A stretch of DNA of 64,000 bases from Patescibacteria group bacterium. GTDB taxonomy: Bacteria; Patescibacteriota; Minisyncoccia; Phycocordibacterales; Phycocordibacteraceae. Made by a program: the position numbers and the translations under genes. The DNA is taken from the NCBI GenBank assembly GCA_004322365.1, contig SCTS01000003.1:2709-66708 (forward strand), read 5' to 3'. Below, piece by piece: positions 9,942 to 20,373 of the stretch (the stretch's first letter is position 1; every line of letters begins with the position of its first letter). Below the pieces are notes generated by a model. The model was not told the origin of the DNA, did no database searches, and worked only from the letters and a program-made list of their open reading frames with translations.

Positions 9942-10778
9942 ATGTTACCTACAGCCGTCATTGCGTTCAGAGAATTTTTTGAAGCTTTTCTTATTGTTGG
10001 TGTCTTTTTGGGTGTGTCTAAAACTCTTGGTCTCAAGAGGGAGGTAGAAATTGCGCTAGCGGCTGCTTTGGGAATACTTCTGTCGCTCGTATTAGTCGGA
10101 GGAACATATTTCTTTAGCGGTCAGTTAGGTAACTTTCTCACTGAAAGGACCGTTGAGTTGTTGGAGGGTTATGTAATGGTTTTTTCAGGGCTTTTCCTAG
10201 TCTATGTCATCTTTTCTCTCCACACCGTTATGAGTGCGGGTCGCAAAGGCATGATGAGTAAAGCAGAGGCGCGTTTCAAGGAAAATGCTTTTGATATCTC
10301 ATTATTTTTTACTATCGTCTTTCTTGTTATACGCGAAGGGTTTGAGATTGCACTTTTCACTGCAAGTATTGCGCTCTTGACGACGTTCATTCAAAATTTC
10401 TTGGGGCTCTTGATTGGTCTTGCAGGGGCAAGTGCACTCGGCATTTCTACCTTTTTCGCCTATACACGCTTTCCTACAAGGAAAATATTTAAGGTAACGG
10501 AATACATGGTTATTCTCTTAGGTGCGTCGTTGACACAAAACGGCATTACTAAGCTTTTTGAAAACTATTTCAACATACATCTATCTAACATAGCGCCCAT
10601 TAATCTCTTTTTCCTCCCAGACACAGAAAGCATAGGAGGGCATTTGATTCGAAGTCTTATAGGTATTGAACAGGAATTCAGTCTTGTCCGCTTAAGTATT
10701 ATGCTCGTCTATATCGCTCTTATTTATGTGCTGTTTATGCGTGCACGAGTGAAAAAAACTATCACTACCAAAGAATAG
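9942..10778 (+). CDS. FTR1/EfeU-family iron permease-like membrane protein
   Basis: Two RExxE motifs (FREFFEAF, IREGFEIALF) in TM helices, 7 TM; family assignment from motif only. Confidence 0.55.
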   Translation: MLPTAVIAFREFFEAFLIVGVFLGVSKTLGLKREVEIALAAALGILLSLVLVGGTYFFSGQLGNFLTERTVELLEGYVMVFSGLFLVYVIFSLHTVMSAGRKGMMSKAEARFKENAFDISLFFTIVFLVIREGFEIALFTASIALLTTFIQNFLGLLIGLAGASALGISTFFAYTRFPTRKIFKVTEYMVILLGASLTQNGITKLFENYFNIHLSNIAPINLFFLPDTESIGGHLIRSLIGIEQEFSLVRLSIMLVYIALIYVLFMRARVKKTITTKE

Positions 10779-10843
10779 GCTGGTCTATTTGGCGTATTCG
10801 GTGCGAGAGTATTGCCTCCTAAATCTCTGATACCCTGTGCAGT

Positions 10844-11500
10844 ATGAACTTTTCTATTGAAGAACACGCAGATGCTGAGCTTGAAAAAAGTGGCGCGTTG
10901 ACGACTGCGCGTATTCAGTCTCTAGGTGACAACATTTTTGCGTTCGCGATGACTATGTTAGTGCTAAATTTTCTTCTTCCAGAACTTGGGCGCGAGAATA
11001 CCTTAGTGAGCGTACTCTCGGATCTTTCATTTAGTTTTATTGCGTACGTAATGAGTTTTGTTGTACTTGGCGTTATGTGGGTGAGTCAGCAAAATCAATA
11101 TCACTTTATAGAACGCACTGATCGTCTTTTTCTTTGGATAAATATTTTCTTCTTGATGTTTGTGGTATTCATACCGTTCTCAACACATACGCTAGGTTTG
11201 TATTATGACTCCACGCTCGCGGTACTTATATACGGTCTTAACTTACTCATCTGTGGCGCGCTCCTCTACATGCACTGGGCGTACGCTACACATAACCGCC
11301 GTCTCGTTGCACCAAATTTGAGCGAGCGTGTCGTTAAGGTTATTTCTTTTCGTTTCATTTTCATTATTCTCTGGGTGTCGATTGCTGTTCTTGTGTCCTT
11401 TCTTTCAATTCATGCTGCGTTTTTCCTTTTTGTACCAGCAATGATTTTAGGAATGATTCCTACCATGATGGATCGACTTGCACACCGCTTTTTCTCGTAA
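10844..11500 (+). CDS. TMEM175/DUF1211-family putative K+ channel
   Basis: RIQSLGDNIFAFAMTMLVL matches the RxxxFSD-x-FAIA-TLLVL DUF1211 signature; 6 TM. Confidence 0.6.
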   Translation: MNFSIEEHADAELEKSGALTTARIQSLGDNIFAFAMTMLVLNFLLPELGRENTLVSVLSDLSFSFIAYVMSFVVLGVMWVSQQNQYHFIERTDRLFLWINIFFLMFVVFIPFSTHTLGLYYDSTLAVLIYGLNLLICGALLYMHWAYATHNRRLVAPNLSERVVKVISFRFIFIILWVSIAVLVSFLSIHAAFFLFVPAMILGMIPTMMDRLAHRFFS

Positions 11501-11561
11501 TAACCATGTTTCGTTGTTTTGGTATATACTGACAAGAGTAGTGTCTCCGGTCAGTATTGGT

Positions 11562-11729
11562 ATGAAAAAACAACCAGCAAAGCCAGTCCGTATAAAGCCA
11601 CCGTACGCTCCAAAGCTTACAAAAAGTGCAATTTTAGTATGTACCTGCGGTGTTCGCTATATTAAAACTCGCGTCGATCAAATTGTGTGTATTGCATGCT
11701 TGGTGCAAGAGCGTGATTCACAAAAATAA
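11562..11729 (+). CDS. small basic Cys-pair protein (CTCG...CIAC), possible zinc ribbon
   Basis: ATG-initiated portion of ORF 11478..11729; 55 aa. Confidence 0.3.
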   Translation: MKKQPAKPVRIKPPYAPKLTKSAILVCTCGVRYIKTRVDQIVCIACLVQERDSQK

Positions 11730-11745
11730 AATCAGTTTCACTGGC

Positions 11746-12306
11746 ATGAAAAATGCACTGGTACTCCATGGCACGAATGATTCCTCAGAAGGGAATTGGT
11801 TCCCATGGTTACAGGTAGAACTTGAGAGGATAGGTTGGAAGGTCTGGGTACCTGATTTACCACAAGCCGACGCTCCCAATATGCAGAGGTATCAGAATTT
11901 TATTTTTTCTTCTGATTGGAAATTTGATAATGAATCTGTCATTGTCGGTCACTCGTCAGGCGCGGTAGCAATTTTAGGACTTCTGCAAGCATTACCTGAA
12001 GGTACCGTTATTGATACGGCAGTTTTTGTGGGTGCATTCAAAAATGATTTAGGTTGGGATAGTTTGAAAGAGCTTTTCAGCAAACCATTTGATTTTGCAA
12101 AAATACGCGCCTCGGCAAAGCGTTTTGTTTTTCTTCATTCCGACAACGACCCTTTTTGTCCTCTCGAAGGAGCAACAAGTCTTTCAAAAGAATTAGGGGG
12201 TGAGCTCATTGTTGTCCCAGGTGCATCTCATTTTAGTCTCGGTACTGGAGGTGATGCATATCAAAAGTTGCCCATCATTCTCGATATTCTCCATGAACCT
12301 CATTAA
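11746..12306 (+). CDS. alpha/beta-fold serine hydrolase, RBBP9/YdeN-like
   Basis: GHSSGA nucleophile elbow, HSDND, PGASHF motif order typical of YdeN family; ATG at 11746. Confidence 0.6.
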   Translation: MKNALVLHGTNDSSEGNWFPWLQVELERIGWKVWVPDLPQADAPNMQRYQNFIFSSDWKFDNESVIVGHSSGAVAILGLLQALPEGTVIDTAVFVGAFKNDLGWDSLKELFSKPFDFAKIRASAKRFVFLHSDNDPFCPLEGATSLSKELGGELIVVPGASHFSLGTGGDAYQKLPIILDILHEPH

Positions 12307-12700
12307 GCGGGGAATTGTATTCGGTGTCTTTGATGGGCTTCATGAAGGACATCGGTTTTTTTTGAAATCGGCATCCGATAAATGCGAAAGCCTCATTGTA
12401 GTTGTTGCTATAGATGATGCCTCTCTCGCCCTAAAAGGCAGAATACCCAAGCATTCTTTTAATGAGCGTATGCAAGCACTTCTTTCCTTTAATCCTTCCC
12501 TCAAAGTAGTTCCCGGCGACTCTATACAAGGAGAATGGAGTGCACTGACAATGTATATGCCAGACATGGTGTTTTTGGGGCATGATCAGAGCGCGATTGC
12601 TGAAGAGCTTGAGAAAATAGGAATTCAATTTTCATTTATAGATTCTCACCGCCCGGAAGAGTTTAAATCGAGCTTGCTGCACCGCTTTGAAGTGGAGTAG
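12293..12700 (+). CDS. cytidylyltransferase-like nucleotidyltransferase (PPAT/RibL-like)
   Basis: GVFDGLHEGH (H/T-x-G-H) motif; ~135 aa; overlaps upstream gene by 14 nt. Confidence 0.55.
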   Translation: MNLIKRGIVFGVFDGLHEGHRFFLKSASDKCESLIVVVAIDDASLALKGRIPKHSFNERMQALLSFNPSLKVVPGDSIQGEWSALTMYMPDMVFLGHDQSAIAEELEKIGIQFSFIDSHRPEEFKSSLLHRFEVE

Positions 12701-13060
12701 GGTGTTGACTTATTGTCTAAGTGGCGTAGTATTGCCCCTAACGGCGATATTGCCCCGAGAGCTTCCAGTTCTCCCTGCACTGTGGTCGTCTAATGATGCC
12801 ACCTTTAACCTCACGGGGTTTCTAGTGGTATAGGTCGAATTATTAAATATAATTGCTTTGAGTTTTACTCAGATATATATGGCAGAAGGCTATAAAAATC
12901 CTGAATTCAGTAGGTGTCCTCGTTGTAACCAAGAATTCTCTAAAAATCCTATCGTCGCTTGGTTGCACCAGTGTCCGAAACCATCTCAATTTCGGTAACC
13001 GTAGGGTCGTTTTAGGAAAATAAAAAACACAAGCCCCGATGGGGACGATAGATAAAGAAT

Positions 13061-13084
13061 AAACTGCTCATGGCAGTTTTTTTA
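13061..13084 (+). terminator. rho-independent terminator (aaactgc-tcatg-gcagttttttt)
   Basis: 7-bp stem plus 7-T run. Confidence 0.55.
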
Positions 13085-13112
13085 TTATCTACGCTTGCTA
13101 TAGTGTTTATAT

Positions 13113-13234
13113 GAATCCCGTTAGAAATCGCGGACGCATATTGATGGGTGTAACTATGGCACGGTCGAATATTACAAAAATAACTCAAGTAGGAGCTGAC
13201 GCAAAGGCGTTCGCGCCCTATTTCTAACGGGATG
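13113..13234. repeat. 120-nt element bounded by ~20-bp imperfect inverted repeats (atcccgttagaaatcgcggacgc / gcgttcgcgccctatttctaacgggat); right arm overlaps fba start codon
   Basis: Inverted repeat read directly from sequence. Confidence 0.6.
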
Positions 13235-14194
13235 AATATTCACGACACCGTTCGTACACTCATGCAAGACGGTAAAGGTGTACTTGCGGTAGATCAAGAC
13301 GCGCCCACACTCCAAAAATATTTTTCTATTCTTAATATTCCAAACACAGAGGACTCGCGCCAAAAATATTTTGAGCTTTTGTTTCGAACGCCGGGAATAG
13401 AAAAACTGCTCTCTGCGGTTATTGTGTCTGAAGAAAGGATCAAACAAAGTTCACGTGCTGGAATTCCATTTTCAGATCTTATTTCTTCTAAAAATATTCT
13501 TGTGGGTGTGCATATTGACGAAAATATTTCTGAAAATATATCAGCACGCTTACAAGAATATAAATCACTTGCAATTGGGTGTGCGAAAAAAACTGTGCGT
13601 GTTGAAGTTACCGGTACTCCAATCACTGAAGAGTTTCATGCACGTCTGCGAGGTCTCGCCGATTTCGCCGTAGTGTGTCAAGAAAAAGATATTGTTCCAA
13701 TTCTTGGACTAGAGTTAGTACAGGTAGGCCCGCATACTGCCGAACAAGCTGAAAGTGCACTTGCTGAAAGACTTACTGCTTTGTCTGATTCGTTAGCTCA
13801 CTGTGGCGTCGATTATAAAGGGTTAGTCGTTGAGGTGAGTATGACATCCTCTGGGAGTGAAAATCCATTACCTGCAGAGCCTAAGGAAGTTGCTGAAAGA
13901 ACAATGCGCGCACTTTCCAACTCCATTCCAGAATCCATCGGAGGAATTTTATTTTTTTCTGATGGAGAAACCCCTGAGATGGCAACTGCAGATTTAAATG
14001 CGATTGCTCGCTTGGAGCCGTTCCACTGGCCTGTTGCATTTTGTTTTTCTCGTGCGCTTCAAGAGCCAGTTCTTCGTGTATGGCAGGGTAATGACGAGCA
14101 TATAGTGGAAGCCCAAGCAGCGTTTTATGAACGCCTCCTGTTAAATGTAAGGGCAGATGCTGGGGGATATGGTCAAGGAATGGAATCTCGTTGA
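13232..14194 (+). CDS. fba: class I fructose-bisphosphate aldolase
   Basis: GKGVLAVDQD...TLQKYF and LSAVIVSEE resemble class I FBA N-terminal consensus (GKGILAADES); 320 aa. Confidence 0.75.
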   Translation: MNIHDTVRTLMQDGKGVLAVDQDAPTLQKYFSILNIPNTEDSRQKYFELLFRTPGIEKLLSAVIVSEERIKQSSRAGIPFSDLISSKNILVGVHIDENISENISARLQEYKSLAIGCAKKTVRVEVTGTPITEEFHARLRGLADFAVVCQEKDIVPILGLELVQVGPHTAEQAESALAERLTALSDSLAHCGVDYKGLVVEVSMTSSGSENPLPAEPKEVAERTMRALSNSIPESIGGILFFSDGETPEMATADLNAIARLEPFHWPVAFCFSRALQEPVLRVWQGNDEHIVEAQAAFYERLLLNVRADAGGYGQGMESR

Positions 14195-14549
14195 GTTTTG
14201 TGTTGTATTTTGTTTTTGAGGTTTAGCTAGTTTTCTTTCAACGCAAATCGATACTTTTGTCTGTCCCACAAAACGGCTCTTATGGGTACTTTTGGGACGA
14301 CGCCCCACCAAAAAGTTTGACAGAGACAGTCTTTGTTTCTTTTTGATTTTTTAATTGATATCCACACGATTTTTTTGAGACTCCAATGTCCACAGACATG
14401 TAGAATGCTCTATACCTCCCGTCATTCCTGTTGTAATCTGTACATCCGACTTACATTTTGATTTACCGATTCTTGCGAAAAATATTTCTTGCAAAATCGT
14501 AGAAAATTATTAAATTATTCCGTTTTCGGACGGGCACCATCTCTCGACC

Positions 14550-17411
14550 ATGACTAGCACTCAGAAAACAAAGAAACGAAACGGCACCATCGTTGATTTT
14601 AATCAGGGAAAAATTGTTTCTGCAGTTTCCAAAGCATTTTTTGAAGTTCTTCAAGATACTCATGCTGATGAGTCACAGGCAATAGGCGAGGCGGTGGCGA
14701 GTGCGGTCAGACTTCGCTATGCAGGCACAGCCTCCATTCCTTCGGTTGAGGAAATTCAAGACCTTGTTGAGCATTCACTGATGGAGCGCTCGTATTTTGA
14801 TGTTGCAAAGGCGTACATAATTTACCGTTACGAACACGCAAAGATTCGTGAAGAAAAACAAGAAGAAGTTGTAAAGAAAATTGAAGAGCGAGGACTTTTG
14901 ATTCTCAAGCGAAATGGTGAGCGCGAAATATTTTCAATCGATAAAATTAGAAAAACTATCGAGTTCAGTGTATTGCCAGAAAATGCACGAGGTGTTGATA
15001 TCGACGGTTTTATTTCTCAGGTACAGCGTGAAGTGTATGACGGCATTTCAACAAAAGAAATTGAACGCACACTTATCATGGTTGCGCGTTCAATGATTGA
15101 ACGAGATCCTGCATACAACCAACTCGGAGCTCAGCTCATGTTGAATTCTCTCTACAATGAAGTGCTTCACACTGACGCCATCTCAATAGTGTCAGGCGAT
15201 TTCGATAGCATCTATCGTTCAGCATTTGTAAAAAATGTGAAGACAGCAGTTGAATTAAAACAACTCGATGAAAGAATACTTTCATTTGATCTTTCAAAAA
15301 TTGCAGCAGCACTTCGACCTGAGCGCGATCGCTTACTGAAGTACATTGGTGTTGCAACATTGTCTGACCGATATCTTATTCATAGTAGAGAAAACAAACA
15401 GCCACTTGAAACTCCGCAAATGCTCTACATGCGCGTTGCAATGGGGGTGGCTCTGAATGAGAAAGAAAATCGTGAGGCATGGGCAATTCGTTTTTATGAA
15501 ATGCTTTCAACTCTCCGTTTTGTTCCTTCTACACCAACATTGTTCCACTCAGGCATGCCACGAGCACAACTTTCTTCTTGTTACTTGAACACCGTTGATG
15601 ACGATTTGGACCAGATATTTAAGGTGTACGGTGACAATGCACAAATGTCCAAGTGGGCAGGGGGCATTGGTACTGACTGGACAAACCTTCGTGCGACAGG
15701 TGCATATATAAAGAAGGCAGGCATTACTTCGCAGGGTGTCGTACCATTTTTGAAGATTGCTAACGATGTTACGGTGGCTATAAACCGCTCTGGTAGACGC
15801 CGTGGAGCAACTGCGGTGTACCTTGAAACATGGCACTACGATATTGAGGATTTCTTGGAGCTTCGTAAAAACACCGGAGATGAAAGGCGTCGTACTCACG
15901 ACATGAACACCGCTAATTGGATTCCAGACCTCTTTATGAAGCGTGTGCGTGAAGATGGTTCATGGACACTCTTTTCTCCTGATGAAACACCTGATCTCCA
16001 CCATATCTACGGTAAGAAATTTGAAGAAGCATATGCACGCTACGAAAAACTTGCGGATGAAGGAAAGATAAAACTTTTCAAGCGCATGAAGGCAGGGGAT
16101 TTGTGGAAGAAAATGCTCGCTATGCTTTATGAGACAGGACACCCATGGATTACTTTCAAAGATCCATCAAACATTCGTTCTCCTCAGGATCATGTGGGCG
16201 TCATTCACAACTCAAACCTTTGTACTGAAATTACACTGAACAATTCAAAAGATGAGACTGCTGTTTGTAACCTAGGCTGGGTCAACTTTGCAATGCATGT
16301 GACGAACGGAATGTTTGATCGTGAGAAAGCGAGAGAAACAGTAACGGTTGGTATGCGCATGCTCGACAATGTTATTGACCTTAACTTCTATCCAACAATT
16401 GAAGGTAGAAACTCAAACATGCGTCACCGACCAGTAGGTTTGGGTGTCGGCGGATTCCAAGATGCTTTGTATCAACTCAATATTGATTTTGCGTCTGAGG
16501 CATGTGTACAGTTTGCTGACGAAAGTATGGAAATTCTTTCCTACTACTCAATCCTCGCTTCTACTGATTTGGCACGCGAGAGAGGATCATATGAATCTTT
16601 CCTAGGATCAAAATGGGATCGAGGACTTTTGCCAGTAGATACTATTCGACTCCTTGAAGATGAGCGAGGAGAAACAATTGATGTTGCCAGGGACACAAAG
16701 CTTGATTGGAATGCTGTGCGCGATGCAATAAAAAAATACGGCATGCGTAACTCTAACTGTATGGCAATTGCTCCAACCGCTTCAACTTCAAACATTGTTT
16801 CGGTAGTGCCATCCGTTGAACCTGTCTACAAAAATATTTACGTTGAGTCCAACATCAGCGGAGACTTTACTGTAGTAAATCCTTACCTTGTTGAAGACTT
16901 AAAGAAATTAAATCTCTGGAACGATGCGATGTTGAACGAGCTTAAATATCAAGATGGTTCCCTAGGAAAAATTGCTGGTATTCCGCAAGCTCTCAAGGAT
17001 AAATATAAAGAAACATTTGAAATAGATATGCGTTGGATAATCAAAGCAGCTGCGTATCGTGGAAAGTGGATTGACCAATCACAGTCATTGAACATTTTCT
17101 TCCGTGGTTCATCAGGTAAGGAGCTTTCTGAAATCTACTTCTATGCATGGGAGATGGGCTTGAAAACAACGTATTACCTTCGTTCGCTTGCCGCAACACA
17201 GGTTGAAAAATCAACAGTCTCAACTAAAGAATTTGGTTCTACTCATACTCGTGATCAAAATGCTGGTGTAGATGCTAATGATGCTATGTCTATGACCAAA
17301 CCTGCTTCAACAGTAACTCCTGCACAAGCGCCAGTTGCTGTTGCGGAGACAGCTCCACGAACCTATGTATTGCACCGAGCTCTTGCTGCTGCGTGTGAAT
17401 CGTGTGAATAA
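14550..17411 (+). CDS. nrdA: ribonucleoside-diphosphate reductase alpha subunit, class I, with two N-terminal ATP-cone domains
   Basis: ATP-cone KRNGTIVDF and second KRNGEREIFS; NSNLCTEI active-site motif; C-terminal CESC redox pair. Confidence 0.9.
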   Translation: MTSTQKTKKRNGTIVDFNQGKIVSAVSKAFFEVLQDTHADESQAIGEAVASAVRLRYAGTASIPSVEEIQDLVEHSLMERSYFDVAKAYIIYRYEHAKIREEKQEEVVKKIEERGLLILKRNGEREIFSIDKIRKTIEFSVLPENARGVDIDGFISQVQREVYDGISTKEIERTLIMVARSMIERDPAYNQLGAQLMLNSLYNEVLHTDAISIVSGDFDSIYRSAFVKNVKTAVELKQLDERILSFDLSKIAAALRPERDRLLKYIGVATLSDRYLIHSRENKQPLETPQMLYMRVAMGVALNEKENREAWAIRFYEMLSTLRFVPSTPTLFHSGMPRAQLSSCYLNTVDDDLDQIFKVYGDNAQMSKWAGGIGTDWTNLRATGAYIKKAGITSQGVVPFLKIANDVTVAINRSGRRRGATAVYLETWHYDIEDFLELRKNTGDERRRTHDMNTANWIPDLFMKRVREDGSWTLFSPDETPDLHHIYGKKFEEAYARYEKLADEGKIKLFKRMKAGDLWKKMLAMLYETGHPWITFKDPSNIRSPQDHVGVIHNSNLCTEITLNNSKDETAVCNLGWVNFAMHVTNGMFDREKARETVTVGMRMLDNVIDLNFYPTIEGRNSNMRHRPVGLGVGGFQDALYQLNIDFASEACVQFADESMEILSYYSILASTDLARERGSYESFLGSKWDRGLLPVDTIRLLEDERGETIDVARDTKLDWNAVRDAIKKYGMRNSNCMAIAPTASTSNIVSVVPSVEPVYKNIYVESNISGDFTVVNPYLVEDLKKLNLWNDAMLNELKYQDGSLGKIAGIPQALKDKYKETFEIDMRWIIKAAAYRGKWIDQSQSLNIFFRGSSGKELSEIYFYAWEMGLKTTYYLRSLAATQVEKSTVSTKEFGSTHTRDQNAGVDANDAMSMTKPASTVTPAQAPVAVAETAPRTYVLHRALAAACESCE

Positions 17412-17469
17412 AGATAGCCTTCAGGTTTCAACTTTTAGCTTTAAAATTTAATAACTAAAAAAATCTAAA

Positions 17470-18504
17470 ATGGCAATCCAAAGAAACGCAAAGCCCGTCG
17501 ATGTAAACCAGCGCCGTGTCATTAACGGTCTTGAGGCTGATGTCATTCAGCTCTACCCAATGAAGCATAAGTTTGCGTGGGAGTACTACAACGCTGCAAA
17601 TTCAAACCACTGGCTACCAACAGAAATTTCAATGCAGTTGGACATCGAGCAGTGGAAATCGCCAACTGCACTCTCGCAAGATGAACGACATGCGTTTGAA
17701 ACCATTCTTGGATTTTTCACCACCGCTGATTCAATCGCAGCAAACAACATTGTCATTGGCTTCTACAAGCATGTGACCTCGCCTGAGATTCGTATGTACT
17801 TACTTCGTCAAGCATACGAAGAAGCAATTCACACCCATGCATATCAGTACATTGTTGAATCGTTGGGAATGGATGAGTCTAAGATATTCAACATGTATCG
17901 CGAAGTTGATGCTCTCTACAACAAGGAAGCATTCATTCTTTCGTTTAACGAAGGTGTTTTTGATCCAGCATTTAAAACAGGAACATTTGAAGCAGATCAA
18001 AAATTCTTGGAAAACTGGGCAGTCTTCTCACTCATTTTGGAAGGTATTTTCTTTTACTCATCATTCGCAGTTATGTTTGGCTTTCAGCGCCAGCACAAGC
18101 TCACTGGTTCTGCCGAACAGATTCAGTACATCATGCGTGATGAGTCTATGCACTTGAACTTTGGTCTTGAAATCATCAATGCAATTCGCGAAGAAAATCC
18201 AGAATTGTGGACACAGAAATTCCAAGATCGAATTATCGAACTCGTGCACCAGGCAGTCAAACTTGAGTACGAATATGCGCGCGATGTATTTCCAACGGGC
18301 ATTTTCGGACTCAATGCCGATGGATTCAAAGAATATATTCAGTTTATTGCTGACAGACGCTTGGAGCGTGTAGGACTACCTGCTCAGTACCACTCAACGA
18401 ATCCTTTCCCATGGATGAGTGAAGCTATTGACCTTGCAAAGAAGAAGAACTTCTTCGAGACTCGTGTTACCGAATACAAGACTGGAGGTGCATTGAATTG
18501 GTGA
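17470..18504 (+). CDS. nrdB: ribonucleotide reductase beta subunit (di-iron/tyrosyl radical)
   Basis: EEAIHTHAY and EGIFFYSSF motifs. Confidence 0.9.
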   Translation: MAIQRNAKPVDVNQRRVINGLEADVIQLYPMKHKFAWEYYNAANSNHWLPTEISMQLDIEQWKSPTALSQDERHAFETILGFFTTADSIAANNIVIGFYKHVTSPEIRMYLLRQAYEEAIHTHAYQYIVESLGMDESKIFNMYREVDALYNKEAFILSFNEGVFDPAFKTGTFEADQKFLENWAVFSLILEGIFFYSSFAVMFGFQRQHKLTGSAEQIQYIMRDESMHLNFGLEIINAIREENPELWTQKFQDRIIELVHQAVKLEYEYARDVFPTGIFGLNADGFKEYIQFIADRRLERVGLPAQYHSTNPFPWMSEAIDLAKKKNFFETRVTEYKTGGALNW

Positions 18505-18784
18505 TAGGTCGTCGTATGCATCTAAAAACACCAGAAGCTAGACACCTTTTTCCAGTAAGAGAATATCATCATGGGGCTGTATTCAAAGAACGTGGCGTGC
18601 TTATGCGTTACTGTGGTTTCTGTAAAATAAAAATGACAGATGAAGTGTGGCGAGAGCATCTAAAAGAGCAGAAACATCCGTTATTGAGAGTGTAGTAAAA
18701 CTGTATAGTAAAACCTTCATACATTTGAGGGTTTTTCTTTTTAACCCTCTAGCCCCTAAACGCTAAACGCTATACACTACTAAG

Positions 18785-20251
18785 ATGTTTGGTTTTTTAA
18801 AAAAGAAAGTAGAGCGGTCGCCGATTTTTCTCTACAACACACTCTCAAGAACAAAAGAAGAATTTAAACCAATAAGTGGTAAAAAAGTGCGCATGTATAC
18901 CTGTGGTCCTACGGTATATGACTACGCCCATATTGGGAATCTCCGTGCTTATGTATTTGCCGATACGCTTCGGAGAACACTTGAATACGCTGGTTTTTCA
19001 GTGAAGCAGGTGATTAACATTACTGATGTTGGTCATCTTGCTCAGGACTCCGACGATGGGGAAGATAAGATGACTGCTGCATTGAAGCGTGAAGGTAAGG
19101 AGCTCACCATTGAGAATATGAAAATCCTCGGGGAAGAGTATGCGTCGCTTTTTATTGAAGATTTGAAAGCGCTCAATGTTGAAATGCCTTTCGTATTTCC
19201 ACGAGCTACTGCACACATTCAAGAACAAATTGCATTTATTTCGTCGCTCTTTCAGAAGGGATATGCGTATAAAACCTCAGATGGCATGTATTTTGATACT
19301 GCTAAGTTTCCTTCCTATGGTGCACTTGGTTCGTCTGATGTCGGACAGGGTGTGTCTTCTGCGGGTCAATCACGAATAGTGGCAAATCCCGAAAAGCATG
19401 ACCAACGAGATTTTGCTCTTTGGAAGTTTGACAGTGCGCTTGGTTTTGAAGCGCCGTGGGGAAAGGGGTTTCCTGGTTGGCATATTGAATGTACTGCGAT
19501 GGCAACAAAATATCTTGGTAAAAGTTTTGATATACATACTGGTGGCATCGATCACATTGCCATTCATCACAACAACGAAATTGCACAGGCAGAAGCGGTG
19601 TCTGGGAAAAAATTTGTGAACTATTGGATGCACGGTGAATTTATTACCATAGAAGGAAAACGCATTGGAAAATCAGAAGGGAATGCAATTCGTTTATATC
19701 AGCTTCGTGAAAACAACATAAGTCCAGTTGTATATAGGTATCTTTTGCTCACTGCTCATTATCGTTCACTTTTGAATTTCACATGGGAAGCTGTGCTTGG
19801 AGCACAAACTGCACTTCAGAGAGCTCAACGCATGTTTGCGGATTTTCCACGGAATGGACATATCGCAACTCTCTATCGCACAAAGTTTGAGACGGCGATT
19901 AATGATGATTTGAATATGCCAATCGCAATTGCCGTCATGTGGGAGCTTTTGAAAGATGATTCGGTCACACCTGCCGATAAGCGGGCGACAATTCTCGATT
20001 TTGATCGTGTATTTGGGTTAGGTTTTGGTACGGGATCGCTTTCTGAGAGCTCTAAAGTTTCGGTCACTGCGTTATCTGATGTACCGACGGAGGTAGCGTC
20101 TTTGGTTAAAGAGCGTGAAGAGGCGAGAGATACTAAGGATTGGGCACGCGCTGATGCACTAAGACTTTCCATTGAAGAACAAGGATTTACAGTTGAAGAT
20201 GCCCCAGATAGATCTGTTGTACACAAAGCACCGGAAGGGTTTAGGGGATAG
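18785..20251 (+). CDS. cysS: cysteine--tRNA ligase
   Basis: YTCGPTVYDYAHIGN (HIGH), KMSKS-like RIGKSEGN, zinc-binding Cys. Confidence 0.9.
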   Translation: MFGFLKKKVERSPIFLYNTLSRTKEEFKPISGKKVRMYTCGPTVYDYAHIGNLRAYVFADTLRRTLEYAGFSVKQVINITDVGHLAQDSDDGEDKMTAALKREGKELTIENMKILGEEYASLFIEDLKALNVEMPFVFPRATAHIQEQIAFISSLFQKGYAYKTSDGMYFDTAKFPSYGALGSSDVGQGVSSAGQSRIVANPEKHDQRDFALWKFDSALGFEAPWGKGFPGWHIECTAMATKYLGKSFDIHTGGIDHIAIHHNNEIAQAEAVSGKKFVNYWMHGEFITIEGKRIGKSEGNAIRLYQLRENNISPVVYRYLLLTAHYRSLLNFTWEAVLGAQTALQRAQRMFADFPRNGHIATLYRTKFETAINDDLNMPIAIAVMWELLKDDSVTPADKRATILDFDRVFGLGFGTGSLSESSKVSVTALSDVPTEVASLVKEREEARDTKDWARADALRLSIEEQGFTVEDAPDRSVVHKAPEGFRG

Positions 20252-20373
20252 TGGGTAGCGTTTAGGTGTTGAATTTTGGAGTTTTTTCCCTAAACCCTAA
20301 ATGATCCCTTCGGATTCGATGAGGCATCGCCTACTCCCGTGGTATCCTGTTTTTATTAACTAAGCACTTTTAT

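Noticed and set aside
12700-13060. Intergenic 360 nt examined for SRP RNA, RNase P RNA, 6S or tmRNA
   Set aside because: None of the conserved motifs (GGAAGCAGC, P4 GGAAAGUCCGGGCUC, tRNA-like ends) are present. A promoter-sORF-terminator unit explains it better.
14550-17411. Long NrdA (953 aa) checked for an intein
   Set aside because: Extra length is explained by two N-terminal ATP-cone domains and a C-terminal tail with the CxxC redox pair. No intein splice motifs or a homing endonuclease block were found.
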